A stretch of 32,000 nucleotides of DNA from Halomicrobium mukohataei DSM 12286 (lineage in GTDB: Archaea > Halobacteriota > Halobacteria > Halobacteriales > Haloarculaceae), in assembly GCF_000023965.1 (NCBI RefSeq), contig NC_013202.1, forward strand, positions 2,700,001-2,732,000. Direction: 5' to 3'. The notes under the pieces were generated by a model. It was not told where the DNA came from and made no database searches. It worked only from the letters and a program-made list of their open reading frames with translations. A program made the position numbers and the translations under genes. This document shows, piece after piece, positions 15,141 to 23,381 of this stretch. Within the stretch, counting starts at the first letter, position 1. Every line of letters starts with the position of its first letter.

Positions 15141-16188
15141 ACACTATCCCACCGTTTCGAACAGGTCCGAAATCGTCTTCGCGTACGACGCGGTCGACGC
15201 GAACCCCAACGGCAATCCGCTGAGCGGCGCGAACCGACCGCGTATCGACCCCCACACCGATCAGGCGATCGTCACCGACGTTCGCCTCAAGCGCTACCTC
15301 CGCGATCAGCTACAGGACGACGGTCACGGCGTCTACATTCGCAACGTCAAGGAAGACGACGGCGATCAGGCGACCCGCGAGGACCTCCTCGAAGACCGTC
15401 TCAAGGACATCGACCTCGACGACGTGGACGAAGCCGACATCGAAAACGCCGTCTTCGGTCAGTTCCTCGAAAACAGCGCCGACGTTCGCTACTTCGGCGC
15501 GACGATGAGCATCGATATGGACGATGAGAAGGTCGACCACCTCCCGGATCACTTCACCGGTCCCGTCCAGTTCTCGCCGGGCAAGTCGCTCCACCGAGTC
15601 ATGGAAAACGAGGAGTACAACAGCCTCACAAGCGTCATCGCGACCGGCGACGACAAGGCACAGGGCGGGTTCGATCTCGACGACCACCGGATCCAGTACG
15701 CGTTCATCGGGTTCCACGGACTCGTCGACGAGCACGGGGCCGAAGGCACGCTCCTGACGGATGGGGACGTGCGGCGACTGGACACGCTGTGCTGGCGCGC
15801 GCTGAAGAACCAGACGATCAGCCGGAGCAAGGTCGGACAGGAGCCCCGGCTCTACCTCAGAGTCGAGTACGCCGACGAGAGCTTCCATCTCGGCGGGCTC
15901 GATCAGGACATCGATCTCGACAGTTCGGAATCCGCTCCCGTCGAGGAAATTCGCAACGTCCGAGACATCTGTGTCGACGTGTCGGCGCTGCTCGAACGGC
16001 TCGACGCGGCGTCCGACCGGATCGACACCGTCCACGTCGTCGCCAGCGACGTTCTCGAACTCTCCGTCGACGGTGAGACGGGCGGTCCGGAGTTCCTCTA
16101 CGACGCCCTCGAATCGAGGGTCGGTAGCGAATCCGTCCGCGAGATCGACGTGTACGAGGACGCGAAGGCGACGATGCCGGAGGAGTGA
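15133..16188 (+). CDS. cas7: Cas7 (Csh2) backbone subunit, type I-B (351 aa)
   Basis: N-terminal SEIVFAYDAVDANPNGNPL motif (DevR/Csh2-type Cas7). The ATG at 15133 overlaps the cas8b stop. Confidence 0.9.
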   Translation: MSEHYPTVSNRSEIVFAYDAVDANPNGNPLSGANRPRIDPHTDQAIVTDVRLKRYLRDQLQDDGHGVYIRNVKEDDGDQATREDLLEDRLKDIDLDDVDEADIENAVFGQFLENSADVRYFGATMSIDMDDEKVDHLPDHFTGPVQFSPGKSLHRVMENEEYNSLTSVIATGDDKAQGGFDLDDHRIQYAFIGFHGLVDEHGAEGTLLTDGDVRRLDTLCWRALKNQTISRSKVGQEPRLYLRVEYADESFHLGGLDQDIDLDSSESAPVEEIRNVRDICVDVSALLERLDAASDRIDTVHVVASDVLELSVDGETGGPEFLYDALESRVGSESVREIDVYEDAKATMPEE

Positions 16189-16191
16189 TCC

Positions 16192-16980
16192 GTGTCCGAG
16201 CACGCACCGACTGCGTCGGGGCTTCCCGACGGCGCTGAGACGTGCCTGTCGTTTACCGTTAGCGGCCCCTGGGGGCACTTCCGGCGCATCGAGGGTAACA
16301 TCGTGAAACAGACCTATCGGGTCATTCCCCGGACCACCGTCGCCGGCCTGATCGCCGCGATGCTGGGGATCGAACGCGACGGCTACTACGACCTGTTCGC
16401 GCCGGGCGAGTCGCTCGTCGCCATCGAACCGACGAGCGAACTGCGGACGATGAAGCTCCCGATGAACACGCTCTCGACGGCCGACGAGCATATGGCGTCG
16501 CTGAACCCGCGCGGGAAGCTCTCGATCAAGCTTCCAGATCCGTCCAAGCCCCGCCAGCAGCACAACTACGAGGTCCTGGTGGAGCCGGCCTATCGAATCG
16601 ACGTGTGGCTCGCCGACGACGAGCGGTACGACCGGCTCCGCTCGCTACTCGAATCGGGAGAGTCGTACTACGTCCCGAGTCTCGGTCTCTCGGAGCACCT
16701 CGCGACGATCGACTACCACGGCGAGTTTCCGGTCGAGCACGGACCGGACGGTGAGACGGTCGCGATCGACTCGACCGTCCCCGAGGCGGTCGACTCGATC
16801 GTCCCCGATCCGGAGACGCGGTACCAGATCGAGCAGACACCGGCGTTCATGGAACGTGACGACGGCGGGCGCACGACCAGTGCGTTCGTCTCCTACGCCT
16901 ACAATCCGGATGGTGGCTCGCTGAGAGTCGCTGACGTGTCGACGTACTCGGTCGACGACCGAGCCGTGGTGTTCACCTGA
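16192..16980 (+). CDS. cas5: Cas5 (Cas5h), type I-B (262 aa)
   Basis: GTG start at 16192. Sequence LSFTVSGPWGHFRRIEGNIVKQTYRVIPRTTVAGLIAAMLGI is the typical Cas5 N-terminal motif. Confidence 0.85.
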   Translation: MSEHAPTASGLPDGAETCLSFTVSGPWGHFRRIEGNIVKQTYRVIPRTTVAGLIAAMLGIERDGYYDLFAPGESLVAIEPTSELRTMKLPMNTLSTADEHMASLNPRGKLSIKLPDPSKPRQQHNYEVLVEPAYRIDVWLADDERYDRLRSLLESGESYYVPSLGLSEHLATIDYHGEFPVEHGPDGETVAIDSTVPEAVDSIVPDPETRYQIEQTPAFMERDDGGRTTSAFVSYAYNPDGGSLRVADVSTYSVDDRAVVFT

Positions 16981-19550
16981 TGGGGACCGAGCCGATCTCT
17001 CATCCGGCCACAGACGGCGACGAGGCGACGCGACTCCTCGACCACCTCGACGACGTGGCCGGACGGGCCGAATCTGTCGTCTCGGCGGACGCAACGACGA
17101 TCGGCGGTGATCCCCTCCCCGAGATGACGGCAGTCGTCGCACGGTGTCACGACTTCGGGAAGGCGACGACGTGGTTCCAGGCGTACGTGGTCGGCGAGCG
17201 CGACGCCAGTGACCGGACGAACCACTCCCTGCTGGGTGCCTATCTCGGGTACTACGTCCTCGACCGGCTGGGATACGACAGCGAGGACTGTCTCGCGGCC
17301 CTCGTCGCCCTCGCGAAACACCACGGCCAGCTCCCCGATGTCGAGGAGTACGTCGACGGCGTTTCGCGTTTCGAGAACACGAGCGAGGCGAGCAACGAGC
17401 GCCAACGGATACTGATCGAACAGGTCGGGAACGTCGACGACCACCGCCGGCAGTTCGCGCAGTCGTTCGTCGCGGACGCGACCGACGGTAACGGGTCGTG
17501 GGAGGAGTTCGCACAGAGCATCGAGGACGAGTCCCTGTTCGACACCGTCCACGAACACGTCTCTCTGTTCGGCTTCGGCAGCGACCGCTCGGCACCGTCC
17601 GAGGAGTTCTACGGGTTGCTCCTCCAGCTCTGGAGTGGACTGGTGTTTGCCGATAAAACGGTGGCTGCCGGTATCGAGAACGGCGATCTCGACGGCTCCG
17701 AACCGGATGCCCGTCTCCTCTCGGAGTACATCGCCGACCTGGGCGGTGACACAGACGAAGACGGTCAGGCCGCCGCGCTCGATACGCTCCGTGGCGAGGC
17801 GAGAGACGACGTACTCGGCGGTGTCGAACGGTTCCGCGACTCGGAGGTATCTATAGCTACGCTGACACTACCGACCGGCATGGGGAAGACGCTGACCGGC
17901 CTCAGTGCCGCTCTGGCGCTCCGCGACGAGGGCGAACGCGTCGTCTACGCACTGCCCTTTACCTCCGTCATCGACCAGGTGGCCGACGAGCTCGCGGACG
18001 TGTTCGACACCGACGCTCGCGACGACCTGTTGACGATCCACCACCACCTGGCAGAGACGGTGACGAAGCTCGGTGATCCGGACGAGGACCCCGACGAGTA
18101 CGCCCGGCTCGCGGAGATGGTCGCCGAGAGCTGGCGCTCCGGGATGACGCTCACGACGTTCGTCCAGCTCTTCGAGAGCCTCGTCGGCCCGAGCAACACC
18201 CAGTCGATGAAACTACCCGCGCTGTACGATTCCGTGATCGTGCTGGACGAACCCCAAGCACTGCCGATGCAGTGGTGGAAGCTGGTCCGGCGGATCGCGA
18301 CGATCCTCACCGAGGAGTACGACGCGACGATCGTCGCCATGACGGCGACCCAGCCGAGAGCGACCGACGAGGAGACGGCGTCGCAAGCCCTGTTCGACGA
18401 TGCGTTCGAACTGGTCGACGACGTCGATCGATACTTCGGCCACTTCGAACGGGTCGAGTACGACGTTCACGACTCCGTGCTCGCGTTCGACGACACCGAC
18501 GCGATCGTGGACTACGAGACCGCTGGCCGGACGATCCTCGACGAGACCGGCAGATCCGAGTCGACACTCGCGATCTGTAACACCATCGACAGTGCCACTG
18601 CGCTCACGGACGCGATCGAGGAACGCGAAGCGGTCGTCGACGTTGGCCGATGTCTCGAACTGGAGCTCGACGACGGGGCTGACGTGGACGCTCTCGTCGA
18701 ACGAGTCGAGTCGACCCTCAGTTCGAACGAACGGGCGCTCGTCCACCTCTCGACTCGCCTGCGCCCGCGCGATCGACTCGCGCTCGTCGAGGCGACAAAG
18801 CGCCTCACCGAGCGCGACGTTCCGGTCCTGGCGGTGTCGACACAGCTCATCGAGGCCGGCGTCGACATCAGCTTCGATCGGGTGTACCGCGATATCGCAC
18901 CGATCGACAGCGTCGTCCAGGCGGCGGGTCGGTGTAATCGGTCCTTCGAGAGCGACCTCGGAACGGTGACTGTCTGGTGGCTCGCACCACCGGCGGGCAC
19001 GACAACGACACCGGCACAGGCAGTCTACGACTCCGAGGGCGTCAGTACGATCTCACTGACCGCCAGGACGCTCGACGCGATCGGTGCGGACGACGGAACC
19101 GTCGCCGAACAAACGATGACTCGCGATGCCGTCGAGCACTACTACGGGCTCGTCGCCGACCGTAACCCCGGTGACCCCGAGTACGTCAAGTGGGTCGACG
19201 AGGCCAACGCCGACGCGCTCGGGGGCCTCTCGCTGATCGGCCAGCGCGAGAGCGTGGACGTGGTCGTCTGCCGAACCGATGGCGATCGAGAACTGGCCGA
19301 TGCAATGGTGGCGGCTCTCGACGAATTTGACTACGACGCGTTCGGCGACTACCGCGAAGCGGCCAAAGATATCACCGTCTCGCTCCCGATCTACAGTCGA
19401 GACTCGACCGAGGCCGAAACAGTTCGAAATCTCGAACCGCTCGGCGATGCCGATCTCCGTGTGCTCAGGCGAGCGCGAGGCACTTCCTACTTCGACGAGA
19501 CGAAGGGCCTCGCCGTGGACGAACCCTGCGTCGACGATCGGTTCCTATGA
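16980..19550 (+). CDS. cas3: Cas3 HD-nuclease/helicase fusion (856 aa)
   Basis: N-terminal HD domain (LDHLDDV, CHDFGKAT, HSLLGAY, AKHHG). SF2 helicase motifs PTGMGKT and VLDEPQ, with later motifs STQLIEAGVDISF and QAAGRCNR. Confidence 0.95.
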   Translation: MGTEPISHPATDGDEATRLLDHLDDVAGRAESVVSADATTIGGDPLPEMTAVVARCHDFGKATTWFQAYVVGERDASDRTNHSLLGAYLGYYVLDRLGYDSEDCLAALVALAKHHGQLPDVEEYVDGVSRFENTSEASNERQRILIEQVGNVDDHRRQFAQSFVADATDGNGSWEEFAQSIEDESLFDTVHEHVSLFGFGSDRSAPSEEFYGLLLQLWSGLVFADKTVAAGIENGDLDGSEPDARLLSEYIADLGGDTDEDGQAAALDTLRGEARDDVLGGVERFRDSEVSIATLTLPTGMGKTLTGLSAALALRDEGERVVYALPFTSVIDQVADELADVFDTDARDDLLTIHHHLAETVTKLGDPDEDPDEYARLAEMVAESWRSGMTLTTFVQLFESLVGPSNTQSMKLPALYDSVIVLDEPQALPMQWWKLVRRIATILTEEYDATIVAMTATQPRATDEETASQALFDDAFELVDDVDRYFGHFERVEYDVHDSVLAFDDTDAIVDYETAGRTILDETGRSESTLAICNTIDSATALTDAIEEREAVVDVGRCLELELDDGADVDALVERVESTLSSNERALVHLSTRLRPRDRLALVEATKRLTERDVPVLAVSTQLIEAGVDISFDRVYRDIAPIDSVVQAAGRCNRSFESDLGTVTVWWLAPPAGTTTTPAQAVYDSEGVSTISLTARTLDAIGADDGTVAEQTMTRDAVEHYYGLVADRNPGDPEYVKWVDEANADALGGLSLIGQRESVDVVVCRTDGDRELADAMVAALDEFDYDAFGDYREAAKDITVSLPIYSRDSTEAETVRNLEPLGDADLRVLRRARGTSYFDETKGLAVDEPCVDDRFL

Positions 19551-20107
19551 CGGACTCCTCTGGCGACCCCGTCGACCGGTTTCTCGCCGCCGCCAGAGAC
19601 GAGAGCGCAGAACTTCCCTTTCGGCTCACGGGCGTCATGTTCCAGTACTACGTCGTCTGTGAGCGCGAGCTATGGTTTCTCAGCCGCGACGTGGAGATCG
19701 ATCGCGACACACCGGCGATCGTCCGCGGGAGCGACGTGGACGACTCGGCGTACGCCGACAAGCGCCGCGACGTTCGCGTCGACGGCATCATCGCAATCGA
19801 CGTGCTCGACAGCGGCGAGATTCTGGAGGTCAAACCCTCCTCGTCGATGACCGAACCGGCCCGGCTGCAGCTGTTGTTTTACCTCTGGTACCTCGATCGG
19901 GTCACCGGCGTCGAAAAGACCGGCGTGCTCGCACACCCCGCGGAAAAGCGCCGCGAGACCGTCGAGTTGACGCCGGAGACGAGCGCCGAAGTCGAATCTG
20001 CGATCGAGGGGATTCGCGCGGTCGTCACTGCCGAATCGCCGCCGCCGGCAGAGGAGAAGCCGGTCTGTGACTCGTGTGCCTATCACGACTTCTGCTGGAG
20101 CTGTTGA
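19547..20107 (+). CDS. cas4: Cas4 RecB-like exonuclease (186 aa)
   Basis: N-terminal Cys (YYVVCEREL), RecB-like D/E-x-K core (DGIIAIDVL...ILEVKPS), and a C-terminal CDSCAYHDFC cysteine cluster. ATGA overlap with cas3. Confidence 0.9.
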   Translation: MTDSSGDPVDRFLAAARDESAELPFRLTGVMFQYYVVCERELWFLSRDVEIDRDTPAIVRGSDVDDSAYADKRRDVRVDGIIAIDVLDSGEILEVKPSSSMTEPARLQLLFYLWYLDRVTGVEKTGVLAHPAEKRRETVELTPETSAEVESAIEGIRAVVTAESPPPAEEKPVCDSCAYHDFCWSC

Positions 20108-20109
20108 TC

Positions 20110-21102
20110 ATGAACGACAACTACCACGTCTTTTCCGACGGACGCATCGAACGCCACGACGACACGGTACGGGTCATCACCGACGACGGCGAGAAAAAAT
20201 ACCTCCCGGTCGAGAACGCCGAGGCGATCTTCCTCCACGGTCAGATCGAGTACAACACCCGCTTCGTCTCCTTTCTCAATCAGGAAGGCGTCGCCGTACA
20301 CGTCTTCGGCTGGCACGATCACTACGCCGGGTCGATCATGCCCAAGCGGGGCCAAACGTCCGGACAGACACTCGTCGACCAGGTCCGGGCCTACGACGAT
20401 CCGGCCCACCGGCTCGAACTGGCTCAGGCGTTCGTCGACGGCAGCATCCACAACATGCGTGCGAACGTCACGTACTACGACGGCCGAGGACACGACTTCG
20501 AGGACGTGCTGGCAGAGCTGACCGAAGCCCGGTCGTCACTCGACAGGATGGAGACGATCGACGAGACGATGGGCGTCGAAGCACGCGCCCGAAAGGCGTA
20601 CTACTCGACCTTCGACGAGATCCTGCCCGACGAGTTCGTCTTCGGCGGCCGCCAGTACGATCCGCCGAACAACGAAGTCAACAGCCTCATCTCTTTCGGC
20701 AATTCGCTCGTCTACGCCAACGTCGTCTCGGCCATCCGAGCGACGGCACTCGATCCCACGGTCAGCTTCCTCCACGAGCCCGGCGAGCGTCGGTACTCGC
20801 TGGCCCTGGACATCGCCGACCTGTTCAAACCGTTGCTCGCGGATCGAGTCATCTTCAGACTCGTCAACCGCGGCCAGCTGACCAGCGACGATTTCGAGGC
20901 CGAGATGAACGCCTGCCTGCTGAACGAGCACGGCCGGAAGACCTACTCGAAGGCCTACGAAGAGACGCTCGACGAGACGATCGAGCACCCGGATCTGGGA
21001 AAGAAGGTGAGCTATCAGTATCTCCTCCGAGTCGAGGTGTACAAGCTCAAAAAACATCTCCTGACCGGCGAGGAGTACGTCCCGTTCCAACGGTGGTGGT
21101 GA
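20110..21102 (+). CDS. cas1: Cas1 integrase (330 aa)
   Basis: The ATG at 20110, 2 nt after the cas4 stop, gives MNDNYHVFSDGRIERHDDTVRV. Typical Cas1 length and position. The track start at 20074 lies inside cas4. Confidence 0.95.
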   Translation: MNDNYHVFSDGRIERHDDTVRVITDDGEKKYLPVENAEAIFLHGQIEYNTRFVSFLNQEGVAVHVFGWHDHYAGSIMPKRGQTSGQTLVDQVRAYDDPAHRLELAQAFVDGSIHNMRANVTYYDGRGHDFEDVLAELTEARSSLDRMETIDETMGVEARARKAYYSTFDEILPDEFVFGGRQYDPPNNEVNSLISFGNSLVYANVVSAIRATALDPTVSFLHEPGERRYSLALDIADLFKPLLADRVIFRLVNRGQLTSDDFEAEMNACLLNEHGRKTYSKAYEETLDETIEHPDLGKKVSYQYLLRVEVYKLKKHLLTGEEYVPFQRWW

Positions 21103-21105
21103 CGC

Positions 21106-21369
21106 GTGGTCTACGTGGTCGTCGTCTACGACATGGAAGCCGACCGGACACACAAGATGCTGAAGTTCCTCCGCCGGTATCTCACCCACGTCCAGAACTC
21201 CGTCCTCGAAGGAGACGTGACCGAGGGCGATCTCGAAAAGATCCGCTCCGGCGTCGACGACCTGCTCAAACCCGGAGAGTCGACGATCATCTACCAGATC
21301 TCCTCGGAGAAGCTGGTCGACCGAAGCGTGTTCGGTGACGATCCCGCCGCAGACGACCAGTTCCTGTGA
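21106..21369 (+). CDS. cas2: Cas2 (87 aa)
   Basis: GTG start at 21106 gives (M)VYVVVVYDMEADRTHKMLKFLRRYL, the canonical Cas2 beta1-alpha1 start. It lies immediately after cas1. Confidence 0.9.
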   Translation: MVYVVVVYDMEADRTHKMLKFLRRYLTHVQNSVLEGDVTEGDLEKIRSGVDDLLKPGESTIIYQISSEKLVDRSVFGDDPAADDQFL

Positions 21370-21530
21370 ACTACCCTACCCTACTCGCACACGGCTGACA
21401 CCGTTCGCTCCTTGAGGGTAGGGCTTCCTGATTCGACGACGCGCTTTGCAGATATATGTGTATCCACAGGGAGCGCAGTCTCCACAGGCGTTGATTCGAA
21501 GTATCCCACTCCTACGTTTTCGAGGCCGCG
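21370..21530 (-). ncRNA. predicted TnpB omega/right-end RNA scaffold overlapping the tnpB 3' end (extent approximate)
   Basis: From established knowledge, TnpB guide RNAs derive from the tnpB 3' end plus RE. The sequence shows a 9-bp stem CCCTACCCT/AGGGTAGGG bracketing the stop codon. No transcript evidence is available. Confidence 0.3.
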
Positions 21531-22622
21531 AGAAAGAATGTTCCACGCTGCGTTCGCGTCCCTGTCCGCCTCGAACCCGCAGGCGGGACAGGAGTGTTCA
21601 CGGACCCACAACGGCTTCTCCGTCGAGACGCCACATGACGCGCATTTCTTGGTCGTCCCTCTCGGGTTGACCGCCACGAAGTGCGTCCCTTCGCGCTCAC
21701 ACTTGTATTCGAGCAACGAGAGGAACGTCCGCCACGCGGCGGAGGCGGTGTTGCGGCTGTTCGACGGCGACTCCATCATCCCCTTCACATTCAGGTCCTC
21801 GACCGCCACAAGGTCGTACTCCCGAGCGTAGTAGTTCGACAACTTATGCAGGAAGTCGCGGCGCTTCCGTCGGAGGTCGGCGTAATACTTCGCGACTCGC
21901 CGCCGTTGCTTCTCGTAGCTGTTCGACCCGTGTTGTTTTTGCGAGAGCTTCCGTTGCTCACGTTCCAAGCGTTCGCGTTCGTCGGTGAGGTCGAGCGACC
22001 CGACTGCTGTACCGTCGGTGTCGTGAGCGTACTTGCAAATCCCCACGTCGATACCGACGCACTTCTCGGGATTCTCAGGTGGCTCGGGAGGTTCACGATC
22101 CATTTCGACACCGAACGTGGCGAACCACTCGCCCGTCGGTTCCTTCTTGACTGTGACCTGCTTGAGCGTGGCGTCGTTGGGGATGGCGCGGTGAAGCCGA
22201 ATCGGTATGTCCGCGAGTTTCGAGAGTGACAGGACAGTCTGACCGCCCTTCTTGTCGAGCTTGAAACCAGACTGACTGTACGTGAAACTGCGGAACTCCC
22301 GTGGCGGCTTCCACTTGAGTTGGCCAACGCCGTAGCCGTTCTTCTTGAGCTTGGAGAGGCCTTTGAGGTTGTCAAACAGGCGTTCCACGACGGTTTGGAG
22401 AACCTTCGAATACACGTCGTTGAGGTCGTCCCACCACTTTTTGAGGTCGGGGAGCTCCGACCGAAGCGTGGTCATGGACGGCAGTTCACCGTGTTCATCT
22501 TGGTACTCGTTGAGGCGGTAGAGCGTGTGGTTGTACAGCTGCCTACAAATATTGCGGTGTCGGTCCAACTCCTCTCGGTGGGCGTCGGACGGCTTGAGAC
22601 GGTACTTGTAGGCGTAGTACAT
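21381..22622 (-). CDS. tnpB: TnpB (IS1341/OrfB-type RNA-guided nuclease, 413 aa)
   Basis: N-terminus MYYAYKYRLKPS. RuvC-like residues in IDVGICKY, VAVEDLNVKGM and ADRDANAAWNI. Zn finger CASCG...CPACG. Confidence 0.95.
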   Translation of the reverse strand: MYYAYKYRLKPSDAHREELDRHRNICRQLYNHTLYRLNEYQDEHGELPSMTTLRSELPDLKKWWDDLNDVYSKVLQTVVERLFDNLKGLSKLKKNGYGVGQLKWKPPREFRSFTYSQSGFKLDKKGGQTVLSLSKLADIPIRLHRAIPNDATLKQVTVKKEPTGEWFATFGVEMDREPPEPPENPEKCVGIDVGICKYAHDTDGTAVGSLDLTDERERLEREQRKLSQKQHGSNSYEKQRRRVAKYYADLRRKRRDFLHKLSNYYAREYDLVAVEDLNVKGMMESPSNSRNTASAAWRTFLSLLEYKCEREGTHFVAVNPRGTTKKCASCGVSTEKPLWVREHSCPACGFEADRDANAAWNILSRGLENVGVGYFESTPVETALPVDTHISAKRVVESGSPTLKERTVSAVCE

Positions 22623-22623
22623 T

Positions 22624-23028
22624 CTACTCGCGTTGGTCCTCGACGTACTGTTTCAACACATCCAGCGACACCTGCCCCGTCGAGATGAGGCAGTACGAGT
22701 CGTTCCAGAACGAGTCACCCCACAGTTCGGTTTTCAGTTCGTCCGCGTACTCGTTGCGGATACGGCGGGCGGTTGCGCCCTTGACCGTGTTGATGAACTT
22801 CACAAGGTCCGTGGTTGGTTTCGCTCGGAACAGGATGTGCACGTGGTCGTCCTCGCCGTCGAGGTTCGTCAGTTCGACACCGTAGTTGTCCGTGAACCCG
22901 CTGATGACCTCGTGAATGAATTGGGTTCGCTCCTCGGTTAGCACTCCGCGCCGGTATTTCGTGGTGAGTATCAGGTGGTAGTGCAGGGAAAACGTCGAGT
23001 GCGCTCCCGAGTCGAGGTCGTACTCCAT
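22624..23028 (-). CDS. tnpA: TnpA Y1 (HUH) transposase of IS200/IS605 (134 aa)
   Basis: HUH motif DDHVHILF and catalytic Tyr region WNDSYCLISTG. Typical size. Confidence 0.95.
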   Translation of the reverse strand: MEYDLDSGAHSTFSLHYHLILTTKYRRGVLTEERTQFIHEVISGFTDNYGVELTNLDGEDDHVHILFRAKPTTDLVKFINTVKGATARRIRNEYADELKTELWGDSFWNDSYCLISTGQVSLDVLKQYVEDQRE

Positions 23029-23127
23029 TAGGTTCAGTCAATATGATACTACCCTATTGCAAAAACATTGTGATTACGTGGGCCTGTGGGCTTTCTATCG
23101 AATTGTGTATGAGAACTGTGCAGCGTT

Positions 23128-23174
23128 AACGAGATGCTCGCGTCTCGTTCGCACACCAGAATCTTTGATTCTGG
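23128..23174. other. two adjacent hairpins between tnpA and the CRISPR leader (candidate IS left-end structures)
   Basis: AACGAGA-TGCTCGCG-TCTCGTT at 23128-23149. A perfect CCAGAATC-TTT-GATTCTGG at 23156-23174. Confidence 0.5.
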
Positions 23175-23175
23175 G

Positions 23176-23381
23176 GACGCTGTATCCCCTCCCTGCTCGC
23201 GCCTCCTGTTCGGTCGGCGCTCGCTGAGGAAGGGGGCTTAGCGCCTCAATTCAGCTAATACTGCCGGCAGTACAACCCCACTTCCATCGACCCCCCGGGG
23301 GTTCGGGGGCTATCGAAGGTCGACGGAAACGATGAAGTGTGAACGGCGAATAGAGGTGCATACGTGGCCTAATCGGCCATG
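23176..23381 (+). promoter_or_regulatory. CRISPR leader (approximate; left boundary set by the unknown IS end)
   Basis: This non-coding stretch lies directly 5' of repeat 1 in the transcribed orientation. It contains a TATA-like CTAATAC (about 23255-23262) and the palindromes CTGCCGGCAG and CCCCCCGGGGG. Confidence 0.5.

Larger units (their letters stand above)
21370..23175 (-). mobile_element. IS200/IS605-family insertion sequence (tnpA + tnpB, IS605 group); boundaries approximate
   Basis: Intact tnpA and tnpB lie 1 nt apart on the minus strand. An RE-side hairpin spans the tnpB stop (21374-21382 / 21415-21423). The right (LE) boundary is not determinable by eye; hairpins at 23128-23174 are candidate LE structures. 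Confidence 0.75.

Noticed and set aside
21370-23056. The 9-nt direct repeat ACTACCCTA (21370-21378 and 23048-23056), considered as a target-site duplication defining the IS ends.
   Set aside because: IS200/IS605 elements transpose as ssDNA without generating target-site duplications. The right copy also lies only 20 nt upstream of the tnpA ATG, leaving no room for a left-end hairpin. It is reported as an internal motif instead.
23316-23345. Possible degenerate repeat one unit upstream of repeat 1, in the leader (contains GACGGA and TGAA).
   Set aside because: Only 13/30 identities in the ungapped register, which is compatible with chance.
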